NCBI GenBank assembly: GCA_964057225.1
Contig: OZ059897.1
Span: 6,448,001-6,512,000, forward strand
Origin: Auanema rhodensis
Lineage: Eukaryota > Animalia > Nematoda
Direction: 5' to 3'
DNA length: 64,000 bases
Both the position numbers and the translations under genes were made by a program. Shown here piece by piece: positions 50,792-64,000 of the stretch (positions are counted from its first letter, which is position 1; the number at the start of each line of letters is the position of its first letter). The notes under the pieces were generated by a model. The model ran no database searches and was not told the DNA's origin. It saw only the letters and a list, made by a program, of their open reading frames with translations.

Positions 50792-51478
50792 CACAGATGT
50801 AACAAGCTATGCTATCTGAGAACATTCCTTTAAGGAACAAATCATTTATCTTTGTTATGGTTTTAATTGCATAGCAATATTTTATGAATTGCAGGTATTT
50901 GCTTTCCCTTTTCAATGAGGTTTTCCCTCATTCCATGATGATAATCCTTTTTTTGATCTCTTTTTCTTTGATTTTTTCATTTTAAAAGTTATAAATTGAT
51001 TTGGAATATAATAAGATATAAATACAAATTGAAAAATGTATGTATAAGTGCTGTGTTATTTCTATTTTCCTACATATCTCACTTTAAAATTAATTTTAAA
51101 CAATAAAAATTATTATATTTGTACTTATATTTTTGTAATAATTAGCATATTTAATAATAAAATAACAATAAATCTTTTTCTTCATCTTTTTTTTTCTTTT
51201 ATTTTTAAGAAAAATTAATAACAATATTCTTGATTGGGTTCATAAAACATTTTGTTTCAAAAGATTTGTTTAACACACTACATCTCATCGTAGTAATCTA
51301 TCAGATGATGTTTTACTTCAATAAATTCCACACATTGAATATTGTGTGTTGAAGCCATGTGACAAATCAGTTAACTTACCACCACATGGTCGTTCAATCT
51401 TATATTTTGTAAAAAGAAAAAAGATCTTTCAGTGCATTGATGTACACATGGAGAAAGTTACATTTATTTATAAAGAGA

Positions 51479-51487
51479 GAGGAAGAA

Positions 51488-51548
<61 letters not shown>
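51479..51548. repeat. (AG)n microsatellite, interrupted
   Basis: AG run with A interruptions. Confidence 0.9.
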
Positions 51549-51552
<4 letters not shown>

Positions 51553-52101
51553 CGGAGCATCTATACATCATATCCAACTAACCTTTCATTTTCTAGAGAC
51601 TTGATAAACAAAAAAATGAATTGTCTGATTCGTTTGGAAAATAAAATGTTGAGTAAAATCAAAAACAAATTCATGTTGATGATGCCTTCATCTTGTTATA
51701 CTTGATCGATCTACTATATCTCATCGAGTCAGACAACTTAGAAGGTGGCCACCCAACAAATACAAAAGCTCGAAGCATATTCAAGAATTTGGCTGTGAAG
51801 CTTGTCAGAATCTGATTCACTAAAGCTGTTGAATATGCTTGTTGTATGGTTGAACATCTGCATCTGAAAGAAAATGAAGCTGACGTATAGCAAGCAATCA
51901 AATTGAAGAGAAATTTTAGAAAAAATCGTTTGGATGTTGCTTTAAAAGCAGTAGATGTCATATAACTATAGTTCAGTTTTTAGCATATAGTTTGTTTAAA
52001 AATAGAAAGAAACGACATCTATAAATTGAATTTATATGATTTACTATTGGCACTTAAAACCGCTTTTTAGGATATTTCAGCTCACTTAGTTGTAGAGCAT
52101 G

Positions 52102-52103
<2 letters not shown>

Positions 52104-52138
<35 letters not shown>
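52104..52138. repeat. (GAT)n microsatellite
   Basis: About 11 GAT units. Confidence 0.9.
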
Positions 52139-53167
52139 TGGAGCAGCTTGAATACAACAACGATTGATAAACTCGAAGATATTTAGCATCTCAAAGGTAC
52201 TTCATCTTATTTTCCTCAAAATGTTCCGTAACGACAAGATGATCTTGGAGTATTAGGCGATTCACAAATAATTCATATATATAACTTTCATCTTATCCTC
52301 ATTTCCTCTTGCTACACCTCTTCAGAATATACATATTTTCATGTGTTTCTATGAATGTTTATGAAACTTTTCATGAAAATAGTAAAAGGTTTAAGATATT
52401 TCCTCATATTTTTCAAGTTCAATATCATCTTCTTCAACTATACACATAATTAAAGATATATCTTAATCAAGATTGTTGGGCTGGTGATCATTGGTTCTGT
52501 GATGGGTGGGTGGACACCTGCTCTTTCTAATCTTACGTGATCATTGAAAGAAGATGATATTGAAGACAAATCATATGGGAAAACTAAAAATACTTATTCT
52601 CTGTTGATGTTCAACCAATAGCATCTGATGACACACATTGAACGTTTTTGAAACTTCCCCACAACAGTATATCAAGGCCACACTCTCCCCCTCCTCCTTC
52701 TTCAGCACAATGATACTGCTGCTTCTACGCAGCTTTCATCTATCGGAACATGTGAACATGAAGCTAAAAATGATGTCATTTACTGCTCCATGCATCTGAC
52801 GTGTTTTCAAGAACTGTTCACTAAAATGCTTAACCAGCTTTCATTAGTTGTATGCATTTAGCTAACAAGTATCAGGAGAGTATAGTAGTAGTTGAAGTAG
52901 ACCAAAGAAAATATTTGAAGAAAAAAAACATTTATTCAGTTGTCTGTTAATACATATTGAGATTTTCAAATAACCTTCTCTACAACACTTATTATTATTT
53001 TTTGACTTTTAAAACAAAAGTCAATTTTTTTATACAAAATATCATACAAAAACGATAATAATTATATTTTTATTTGATAAATTAATCAAATAAAATATAG
53101 AAAATGGAATTTTTGCTGATATTAAATACTGAAATTTTAAATTTTTTACTGTTTTCAAAAATTTTAT

Positions 53168-54299
53168 TTATTCCATAACTCCAAAAAGATGATTTCCATT
53201 ATTTTTACGATCAGTTGAATAGAAGAGATCCTGGAAATACTTTGCCCATTGTTCGGGGGTGATGGTTCCTTTGTATTCACCAAAGCCATTCTAGAATTAA
53301 TTGATAAAATCGTTTTTTTAACTTCAAAATGAGATAGTTAATGCTTGATCAGCAGCTGACAATATGTTAGTGATCAATCGTTAATCGAAAATTTATGTTT
53401 CTTCTTCTTGATTTCAGAATAGATATAAAGAAAATATCATAAGATTGAGCTTTGTTTACGAAAAAAGTTGTAAAAAAAGAAACAACTTCTTCTTAAAGTT
53501 TTCAATTCAAAACTAGAGAGATATGCTTACCAAAGCAAACTTTCTAAAAGCTTTGTCACATTCACTTGAGCTAAAACCATATACATTCATTCCATCAGTA
53601 TATTCAGCAAGATCCATAACTCCATCACCTAAAAGAAGAATAAGAAGATGAGATGCTTGAAGATTCTGTATAGCTTACATGAAACATCAAATAACTTGAA
53701 CATGAAGTTACTGTAGTCTTTGAACCATTTTGGTTCTTTCTTATGATCAACCTTCTTTAATAAGTGAATCCACTCGTCAATAGAAATTAATTGATCCTAA
53801 AAATTCAAAAAAACCATAAAAATTCGAAAAATAAGAACAGAAATGCGGTGAAAACAAGTAGCTTACATCGTCAGCATCAGCTAATTTACAGAGACCTTCC
53901 CAGAGAGCAGCCAATGACTTCTTTGCGAAATCAGTCTGAACTGATTCAGCTCCATAGATGTCACGAACTTTCTAAATTGAATAAGCAAATTAGAAAATTA
54001 TTATTTAAGCTGTAATAGCAACTTACTCTGACAACAAGGTAGAAATCTCCCCAATCCACGTTACGAGAATGATTACGGTCTATAAGAAGATGAAGAATAA
54101 TAGAAAATGTTATTGGTTCAAGTGATACCAAAGAAGACATTGAAGATTCTTTCCCATTTCTCAATCAAAAAGGAGTCAATATCACTGTTTTCTTGTTTAA
54201 GTTGATCAAGAGTTTTAGCTTTAGTAGCCTAAATTCATATTAATTATATGATATAGTTAATAAAAGAAAAATATTAATCATAAGAAAACTTACAACCAT
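53168..54299 (-). CDS. cex-1: Calexcitin (EF-hand sarcoplasmic calcium-binding protein family)
   Basis: KWERIFNVFFDRNHSRNVDWGDFYLVVRKVRDIYGAESVQTDFAKKSLAALWEGLC..DQLISIDEW..EPKWFKDY..GDGVMDLAEYTDGM..GNHLFGVME*; closely matches C. elegans CEX-1 as I recall it. Confidence 0.92.
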
Positions 54300-55427
54300 T
54301 TTTCGAATTTATCTGTGTGTGTATGTGTGTGTTTAGCAGTTTAGGCAGTTGAGTTGAACTGAGCCACTTGTTCGTATGAATGTTAGGAGATTTCTTAAAG
54401 CTTTTATCATTTATATTCAGAAGACAACACACATAACCCCGCCCTTTCTAAATGATCTGGATCCGCCTCTTCTTAAAACTTTCTTTGCGTAGGTGGAGGA
54501 GGGTGATGGAGTTCAATGAATGACCATTAACCATTGAAAACAGAGAGAATCTGAGAAATACATATTGAAGAACTTTGAGTATCATCTGATTTACAGGAAA
54601 ATAATAAACTTGGAACAAGCATCATCGTCTTCTATTTCTTGTTCCTCTTTTTTTTCCTTTCCTCATCAATTAAGTTGTGGATATTCGTTTATTATTTTTT
54701 ATTTTAAAGTTCTTAAAGTTCACTTTGTTTATATAATTTTTATTATTTTCATATACAGTACTGTTCGATGAAAGTCGGACGCTCACTAGAAACCTTTAAA
54801 TATTTTCACACAAACTAAAAATATTCAGAAAGTAAATATTTTGAGTGTTAAAACACGATAATGAATTTTTAAAAACAATTTTTAAAAAAAATCAAATGAT
54901 CATGTTTTAAAAGTTTTGCTAGAAATTTCTCCAAAATTTTCATAAAATGCTTAAAGTCTTCTAATTTGAATTATTGATATATACATATTTTTATATTATT
55001 ATATAATATTATTTAAAATAGTTTTATCTCAACTTTTCATCATCATTGACTCATATCTTAACATTTATTTCCGTCCTCCGTTCATCTCAGTTTTTTTTTG
55101 GTTTTAATCTGAGAAAAAAATAGAAAAAGAAGATATTTTGTGATAAAAAAAACAAATTTTTATTATTCAAACTATTGTAAAAACAAGCGGAATTACCATT
55201 TAAGAGACATATTCGGAATGAATACAATCAATAGGTTGAATGAAGTTGGAAGAAACAAAACAGATTTCACATCAATTATGAGATTTCAAATTAAAGTTTA
55301 AGCCATATCATTCTTTTAAGAACAAAATACAAAAAAAACTGTTTTTATATGTACACATTGAGATCAAACCGTTCAAACATGGGAACAGTAGCCCGAGAGT
55401 TCAGCGTTTAAAGTGAGAAAACACGTT

Positions 55428-55432
<5 letters not shown>

Positions 55433-55491
<59 letters not shown>
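55433..55491. repeat. (AG)n microsatellite
   Basis: Pure AG run. Confidence 0.95.
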
Positions 55492-55495
<4 letters not shown>

Positions 55496-55752
55496 CAAGA
55501 GAGACATAAATATTTATAATATATGATGAAAAAGTAAAAAAACAAAAATAATAAATAAGCCGTAGAATGATCTACATGTACCGGAAGCATATGGAAACAT
55601 CATTTCTTCACCTTTAATGAATCAATTTAGAAATTCATAAATCTATTCGTTTTTGCTAATTGTCATTCAAAACAAACAACAAATTATTGTCGACAACATC
55701 TGGAGTCTGTCTGTCTGTCTGTATGTGTGTGTGTGTCAGATTTTTGCAAAAT

Positions 55753-57540
55753 TTAGCTTTTTCGTTTTGATCTTCTTTCTGAGAATACGGCATCCTTATT
55801 ATATAAATATATTCCAGTTACAACATCATCTGATTCAGCCCTTTTACAGAATGGTTTCTGAAATGAAATTTTCTTTAATTAACATCAACAAGAAAAAACA
55901 GTTTCCAAGAAATTCAGTATTTTTTCTTTAAAAATAACGAAATTTGATCTCACTGTATTTGTTGGTTTTATTGCTTTAGTTCAGATAAACTTTTCAACGT
56001 TTGTAAGAACTTCGAGGTACGAAACCTACTTCTCGTTGAACTTTTTCACAAACTTTTTTGCTTTTCTTACTTCCCAAAAAATAAACTTTTGCTCTTCAAA
56101 ATAAATAAAGAGATAGATAGAGAGAGAGAAAGATAAAGAGATAAAGAGAGATAGAGAGAGGATGAACTTACAGTTTCATTTGTTGTTGGCTGGAAGCAAT
56201 GCAACTGCTGAGTACATTGACATGAATCTATACAAACTCTTGATTCGGATAAAGAGAAGAAAGAACAAATGGATTTAACTATTCCATCAATTGTAGTTTT
56301 TTGACAACAATGGCCTGAAATATATCAAAAAACAATTTTTTATTTTGTTTTAAAATAAAAATTAACCTGGTCGACAATCTTTATGTGTCAAACATAATGT
56401 GCCATTTCCGCCTTTTTGTGATTGATCAATTGATGACTTGATGCGTTGCATCTGCAAAATGTAAAAATATGGAAATACAGGTTTTACGTAGTACAACGGT
56501 ATTTCTATTATAAGCTTATTCTTTATATAAGCTTCGTCTAATAATTGTCTTTGAAAATTACCTTTGATTGTACATCAGTTGGTGGATGTATACTGGTTTT
56601 GAGTATTGTCGTTGTGCTTTCCACTGGTGATGGCTGAGTTACGACAGAATGCAGAATATCTCCTTTCTGATAAAAATAATTTATTTTGTTTACTTTTTCA
56701 ATTAAAACAAATAAAAAACGATAATAATCTAACAAATTCAATACCTTAACTCTTGTTTTATTTTCAATTCGATCCAAGCGTCTCAAAATATTTTTCATTT
56801 TTTCCAATAACTTTCGTCTCCATCTATCTTCACGAGATTTCTTCATTTCTTTCAGTTTATGCTCTTTCTTCATCTGTGTTCTCAAATCTGAAATAAGACG
56901 TTTATGCGCTTGTAAATAGCTTTATCAAGTTAATTCATTGACTTTTGTTCTGAGCTAATCAAAAATATCCTCATGAGCAATTATTTTGCAGCTTCAAAGT
57001 GTATATGAAGTGACAAGTTCAATGTCAGCATGTCAGACAAATATTTACGTGAGATTTCACGTGCAACTCAGATACAGCCTATCAGTTATATTCTAAATAG
57101 ACGTGCAAAGCGGTTGTTCAAAAATTTTCAAAAAAGGGATAAAGTTTTAATAAAAATTTTTATAATATTTTTCAAAAATTTCAAATTAAAATTTTACAAA
57201 ACATCAAAATATAATACATTCTCTCAATTATCTTTACTGAAAATGTACTCTTACCCGAAACAGATGCTCCATTACGAAATTGCTGTGTTAGCATCCGTAT
57301 CTCAGCTCGAAGCTCCTTAAGACGTTGCTTCTTCTTCCGAAGTATACGCCGCTCTTTTCGTTCAAACTGAATCTGCAAAAGAAGGTTTTTGATGTTGAAA
57401 CAATGAATGAGTGAAATGCAAACCTTCTTTATTGCATTTTCTGCTTCTATTAACGATGTTGGTGATCTCTGTCGGCGTGAACAATCCACCATTATGAAAC
57501 CCATGAGGCTTATTAGAATTATGGGTATAAGAAGCTTCAT
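55753..57540 (-). CDS. Secreted protein (271 aa): basic coiled coil, Thr/Pro linker, 10-Cys colipase/Dickkopf/prokineticin-like domain; exons 57424-57540, 57255-57372, 56745-56887, 56562-56666, 56367-56451, 56172-56314, 55753-55857
   Basis: Signal peptide MKLLIPIILISLMGFIMVDC; all seven exons splice in phase; Cys pattern C-x5-C-x4-CC-x12-C-x10-C-x3-C-x-C-x5-C-x11-C. Confidence 0.85.
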
Positions 57541-57661
57541 CCCAGCCTGAATGTCAGCAGGTTTACTAAGCATACGAATATTTTACTACTTCAAAAGCTA
57601 TTAATATGAAAAGGTCAAAAACGAGTGAGATAAAACAATAACAAAACGTGATAGGGAGTAG

Positions 57662-57675
57662 GTTGCCATGGCAAC
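57662..57675. promoter_or_regulatory. Perfect palindromic X-box (RFX/DAF-19 site)
   Basis: GTTGCCATGGCAAC, 122-135 bp upstream of the ATG at 57540. Confidence 0.75.
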
Positions 57676-59975
57676 AACTTGAAAACTTTCTTAATATTTG
57701 AATTAGTATATCTATATATAGTATATAGTATATAGTATTAAAGATTTAGTTTATGTTCTGTATCTAATGAGGTATTTTCAGCCAAAAAATGATTATAGAA
57801 GATCAAAATACCAAAATGGCTTCATCTTATATGTTCCAGCATCTGCTCTATGACCGAGGGCATTAGGATCAGATGATTTTAGTTGTCATGCCGGAGAACT
57901 CCAAGAAAAATGAATAAATTTAATTAGGAATATAAATAAAATATGAATATTGGTAGGAATATAATTGAATAAGTCACAAGATAAAACAGTTGAAAAATCT
58001 GTGAAATCAACGATTTTTTAAAGACTTCACTCACTCTCTCTCTATCTATCTCTCTATCTATCTCTCTATCTCTCTTGTTCTCTTTTTAAATGTTATGAAT
58101 GGCTTGCTTCGAGAAGTCAAGAAGATCGATAGTATACTGCCGGAGGCTGATGTAAGCTTTATAGACAAGTAAGACAAGGCTTGTCCTTTCTTTGACCGAA
58201 AAAAATAAAATATCTTCATCGATATACATACATACATGCATGTATTGAAATATAATGACACACGTGAATAATAACTCAAATGAATTAAATGAAAAATAGT
58301 CGACGATGAAAGATAATTTTGAGGAAAAAATTCCATTTTGAATTTAAAATCAGCAGGAAACCATAATTGACCGGATGAGCCAGTGCTACTAGTAATAATT
58401 ATTATAGAAAATGAAGAAAAGAACTATGGTAGATATTTTCAGAGATGTTCAAACATGGATTGCTCAGATGTTGGATTTCTAAGAAAATGAGTGAGAGAGA
58501 GAGAGAGAGGGGGGGGGGGAGAGATTGAGGGGGTTGGGAGATTGAGGTTTATAGTCACAAAATAATACATAAATAGACAGAACGATGAAGCTTCTCCTAA
58601 AAAATTGAACACAATAAGCAATTGGTGATGTAATCTATAGTGAATAAAATTATATATTCCATTGTTTTATGATATTTGTCTGATGTTCGATGATATATAG
58701 TTAGATGAAAAACTATTTTAAAGGATTAGTATATAGTACTTTTTCCTGAATAGGAATCATGATTGGATTATTGACTAGGCAGACACACATATCATACGTT
58801 TTGCAACATGCCCATATGTATAAACATGTAAGAAAGAAATGTTTATGACCAAAGAAAGTTCATTCAAGTTGGGAAAAAAAAGTTTTTAATTCTCAGACAC
58901 ATGGGTGTACATATACAGAATATTCCAATAAGAATAAGTGATCCGAGAATTGCAGCTTGCAGCTCGGTCACCATTAAACTTGAAAAAAAAAACGTTGGAA
59001 AATTAGATTTTGGCTGTAAAGGCTATAGACTAGGAAAGAAATTCACATAATCTAGCTTTGTGCTCAATAAATGGAAAAATTGACGATTTATACAATTGAA
59101 ATGATGCAAGTGAGTTAACAGAAAAAAAAAGATTTGAGTCAAGCTTTGAGGTTTCAAGTTATAATTCAAGTTTGTTCACATTTATCTACTTTCAATGAAG
59201 TATATGGGAAATGATTATTAGTAAGAATATGATTTTTGTTCATATTAATAAAATGAGGTTAAAAAATGCGCGAAAGTTAGGTGTTAAGTTGGAATAAGTT
59301 GAAATAAAAGATATTTCATAAAGAAAACTTGAACAATGAAACTTATTTGGGAAAAAAAAAGTTTTAGGTTTTGAGGTTACAAACTAGGCATTATAGCATA
59401 ATACAAAGAAAAAGATAAGAACGGAAGAGAAAGAGAGATCAACGAAATGAATAGAATAGAGTGAAATGCTGGGAAAAAGGGAAAGAGATGAGAAGAAGCT
59501 TCCTCATCATTTTATTCACTTACTTTCTAAATTTCGTTAAGAAGCATCATGGTAATGAAATACTTAATTTTATGAGAAAAATCAATGCTGAAATGAGATT
59601 TTTTTCTTGAATTTTTGAAAAAAAATCAGACAATTTTGAATAACAAGCTTTTAATTATTTCCAAATATAGTAGGTGATTAATCCATTTTAAAGCCTTTTG
59701 TGAGTTTTACTAACCTAAAAAAAGAAGAAAAATTGATAAAAAGCGGAGGAGAGAAACAGGGAAGAGAGAAAGAGAGAGATTGGATTGTGCCTGAAGTCAT
59801 TCAGAAGGGACCCTCGGAATCATTATTTCTTTTGGAGCAATGCGCATTAAGCTTTTCAATTGTTAACATGTTTTAGGACAATTTGATCAAAGACTTTTTT
59901 CACCGCAAATATCTGATATATGAAGCTTCCCTCTTTCTCTTACCCCGTAATATTCTGTTGAAGGTTTCCTCTCCT

Positions 59976-60027
<52 letters not shown>

Positions 60028-61175
60028 TATATTTCCTTGGATATATGATTTATTTAAGGTGTACATGTATATATTATTATTTTTTAAGAATATTATCTAT
60101 AATAAAAATTATTAAGAAATATTATATATAAATAGATAAAAATATATGAAAAATAATAATAAATATCAATACAATAATAATCATTTTTGATCATATTTAG
60201 ATGAATTGTGATGTGAAAAGAATTATTAAAATACTCGGAGAAAACTTGTTGCCAAAGAAAAAGAGAAAGAAGATGATGATGATGAACAACGAACATCTTC
60301 AATGTTGTTTTTAAAAGTAAATTTCAATTACTTTACAGTAACTTGATAAACTGCTTATTGCTTAATAATTTTATTCAAAATATCTAGATATATATGAATA
60401 CATGAGACAAGAAATGTAATTATTCGAAATTGACCAATGAAGAACAAAACATTTGGATTTTATTCAAATAAAGAAAACGAAAAGAGGGTGTAAACGATAG
60501 CTTTTGTCGGCGAAATTTGAGATTAATATATCTTGAAATATGAAAGATTTTCGAAAGAAACTGAAGACTTTCATGGAAATATGGACAACGGAAAAGATTG
60601 TGTCAACGATGATTACTAATGGTGATGAGGATAGTGGTTGTGGTGGTGGTGATGTTAGTGGTTTTGATGAATGAGATGAAGTAGTGCAATATTCTTCAGA
60701 AGTTTGCAAACATTTTGATTAAAAAATGAAAAAGAAGACGAAGAAAAAGGACAAATCTTATGAAGTTTCTAAGCTTAAAGCTTGATGCTCTCTTATGTGA
60801 GGAGAGATGAAAACTACATAGAAAGTATAAAAATGGAGATTTTGCTCTGTTGTTTACGACTTTGTATTAGAAATTATTTCAAAACAAAGAGATTTGAACT
60901 GAGAAAAGTCTAAACTATTTAAAAGAAAATGAAAAAGAATGATTGTTTGAAGGATAATTTATTATTTATGTAAATATATAAAATATACTATATATAACTA
61001 ATTGAAAATCTAATAGTATTTTGTTAAAAGTTGTCATAATTATAGCTAAAATAACTTTTTTTTTCAATAATAGAAATGGGTGTATATTCATTTATAGTTA
61101 ATGCATAATATTGAAAAATTTCAAAAAATTGATTATATTTAATTCAAATAAATGATGTAATATGGAGAGTTTATT

Positions 61176-61176
<1 letters not shown>

Positions 61177-61237
<61 letters not shown>
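61177..61237. repeat. (AG)n microsatellite
   Basis: Pure AG run. Confidence 0.95.
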
Positions 61238-61240
<3 letters not shown>

Positions 61241-62010
61241 CGGCGAAAGGACAAGCGTGAGTGAGAATGAGGAGGGAACGGGAGGATGTGTGGTATATCC
61301 AGTCAATACGACGATTGACAGCCATTTAAGCAATTGAATAGCAGAAGTTCAATTGAGATACTTAACTCAGATAGCCATTTTTGGATATAAAAGAAGAAAT
61401 AATTTAAGTAAATTAACTGAAAATAAAATATACTATATGTGTATAGTTAGCTAGTAAACTGATACGACAATAGGACAATGCGAAAGCCAAAACCGACAAA
61501 AGAATAGTTTTGAGTTGAAAATCATAGATTATGATGAAAGGAGTGAAGACATGTGTGCATGAGATATACAGATAAAGAGAAAAAAGAAACAGACAGAAGG
61601 AGAGAAAGAGGGAGAGAATGAAGAAGCGGTGCTGAGATGGAATAAGAGAGAGAGAGAGAGGGAGAGAGTCTGGGCTTTATTAGAGTCTACGGGAAGGGTT
61701 GGTAGAAATGATGATGATGATGAGGTAATCATACTGATGATGATGTATTCACTCGTACCACTGACATCCACATCCATACATAATCATGAAAAACAGAAGC
61801 ATCTCCAGATGTTGGCGGGAAACAGACAATGAAAATGTTGGTCGATGAGCCATTTATGGTTCTATATGTGATCAGTGGGACAGGTGGTCAATGTAAATTG
61901 CGGATAATAATAGTTACGATTGGAATGTGATTAGGAATGGCATTAAAAAAATGGTTTTAGACCGTTTAAAGAAAATATTTTCAATTTACTTCTCTCTTTC
62001 TCTCTCGCTT

Positions 62011-62014
<4 letters not shown>

Positions 62015-62071
<57 letters not shown>
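62015..62071. repeat. (CT)n microsatellite
   Basis: Pure CT run. Confidence 0.95.
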
Positions 62072-62074
<3 letters not shown>

Positions 62075-62837
62075 TATCGAAACTCTGACTCTGTCAGATC
62101 CATCAAAAAGAATAAGATACAAGAAAAGAATAAAGAATATGAAGAATATGAAGAAGAATAAGAAGAAGAGAAAGAAAGAACTGAATTTTCGATTATTCCA
62201 TATATGGCAACAGATGGTAATAAAAAGGAAAATTGTCTTTCTAATATTCTATAGATTTCTTATAAAGATTTTATAATTTTTATATTGAAAATTGGATCAG
62301 ATAAAGCCGTTTATATTCCATATAATATCTGAAAAAGATGGCAGATTTTTGATAATAGAAAGGCAGACTGGATGACACCTTCACTCTTGCAACCTCATCT
62401 CTGAGCCTGTACTCTCAAAGGTTATGACAATAGCAAATTCATAATGAATTCATGTTTTCTACAGCTTCTACATAAGGTTTGACTTCGATTTTCGAAAAAA
62501 AAAATAGAAAAGTGTAAGAACTAGAAATCTTTATTGTAAATCTCTTTAAGTAATATACACGTAAAATGAATAAAATATCAGAGAAAAGCCATTACTAACA
62601 ATTAGAAATCTTAATAACGAGTGTTAGATGAATGCTTTTACATATATGTATGTGTGATGATAATCATCTGAAGATTAAATTTGAAAGAATTTTGTAGGAA
62701 TTAAGGAAAAGCATTCTGTTAACATGAGGTCGATTCAGAGATTGGTATGAGATGAAGATGAGTAATGAATATATAATCGAAATAAAAACATTTTGATTGC
62801 TATTCAGTCTCAGAGTTGAAATCACTTTCCTATAAGT

Positions 62838-63906
62838 TTACTTTCCACGTGGCTGATCGTAGGTTAATCCGGCTGTTCGGCTGCCGAGCTCAGCAAGTTG
62901 GAATGTCTCAACCTCAGCTCCATCGGGCTTAGCCTAAAAGCAATCAAGTAAGCCATGCGATTTGATATGTGAATATGTGACATACCTTACAAGCAATACC
63001 AATAGATTGGTTATCATTTGGAACATTGAAGATTGTGTATGTTCCTGGATGAAGGTAGATGGTATCAAATCCATTGTGTCTGTAGATACAGGCAATAGTC
63101 TTGATGACAGTCTTGTCATCTTCCAATTCACATGTTTGTTCAATCTTAGATTCCAATGTAGTCAAATACCTAGAAAATGAAATATGTTAATGCTTATATC
63201 AACTCATGAACCAACCATCTGCATCCAATAACACGATCGACAGATGATCCATCAAGTTCGTGGGAGATGCATCCAACTGGACGATGTCCAAAGGTCTCTT
63301 GACGAACCTGAATATAATCATTCAAATAAGTCTCATAACGAAAACTTTAATTTACTTGGCATTGATAGACAGTTCTATCTTTACGATAACGATCTCCGTC
63401 ATATAAGTTCTTGTTCTGATATACACATCCGATGACATTCTTTTGGCATCTTCCTCCATTTACTTTACAGTAATAGATATAGTCTCCATTCTAAATTATA
63501 CTAATATATCAATTTTCTTTTCATATTATATCATGTAATTAATGTCATTCTGAACTTCACATCATAACGTTTTTAAACAAAAAAAAAAGCAGTTTATAGT
63601 CTTGATAACTTGTTTTGCAATCATTAAATACAAACCTGCCACTGTTGTCCAACTGAATAATGTTGACCAGCATGAACACAGCCAACGCTGCAGAGTTGCA
63701 CAACTCCACTGCTTTTCTCTTGGCACTCATATCTGAAATTTAAAGATATAAATAAATTTATAGATATCCTTTTCTATATACGTATAGTCTTCGAGATCAT
63801 ATTTTTCCCCAATTTTCAAGACGCGAGACTTATCATGGGTTAAACATCCTTCAACTGTAACCTTCAAGAAACCGTTGACTCTCGAACATTTGTACTCGTA
63901 CGTATT
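62838..63906 (-). CDS. Cys-repeat extracellular protein, MIG-18-like fibronectin type I-like repeats; 5' end lies beyond the window
   Basis: Repeats such as YEYKC..VEGC, YECQ..SVGCVHAGQHYSVGQQW, YLYYC..VIGC, VYQC..PVGC; ends ...GLTYDQPRGK*. Confidence 0.75.
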
Positions 63907-64000
63907 CTGCAATAAACGAATAATTAAATTAACGAATTTTAGTGCAAAGTAGAAGTTAAAATGAAAATTAATTCAAATTAGAATATTATATAAACCTTAG

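Noticed and set aside
51671-51961. 96-aa minus-strand ORF with an internal tttcag acceptor
   Set aside because: No recognisable protein features and no linked exons; coding status unsupported.
1-64000. CRISPR arrays, transposases, rRNA, SL RNA, TTAGGC telomere arrays
   Set aside because: None seen on either strand.

Overview
AT-rich eukaryotic genomic DNA with short GT-AG introns, TTTCAG/TTTTAG acceptors and many AG microsatellites. The gene content (cuticle collagen, Srt chemoreceptor, EFF/AFF fusogen, calexcitin) identifies it as nematode; the species cannot be determined from the sequence. The ORF track is mostly uninformative because genes are split, so I spliced them by hand. I support 12 protein-coding genes: an orphan secreted peptide precursor, a cuticle collagen, fust-1 (FUS/EWS/TAF15), an MFSD13A/TMEM180-like transporter, an Srt GPCR, an HDAC10-like deacetylase, a TESK/Cdi-like kinase, an EFF/AFF fusexin, a small 4-TM protein, cex-1, a secreted coiled-coil plus 10-Cys colipase/Dickkopf-like protein, and a 5'-truncated MIG-18/Fn1-like protein. 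There are also two tRNA genes. Best leads: (1) a perfect RFX/DAF-19 X-box just upstream of the uncharacterised Dkk/prokineticin-fold secreted protein; (2) a TESK-family kinase, a family reported absent from C. elegans, ending in a CaaX box and possibly in an operon with HDAC10; (3) an exactly 38-nt frameshifting cassette exon in fust-1; (4) an orphan two-cysteine prepropeptide. Homology calls come from recalled motifs, not database searches.
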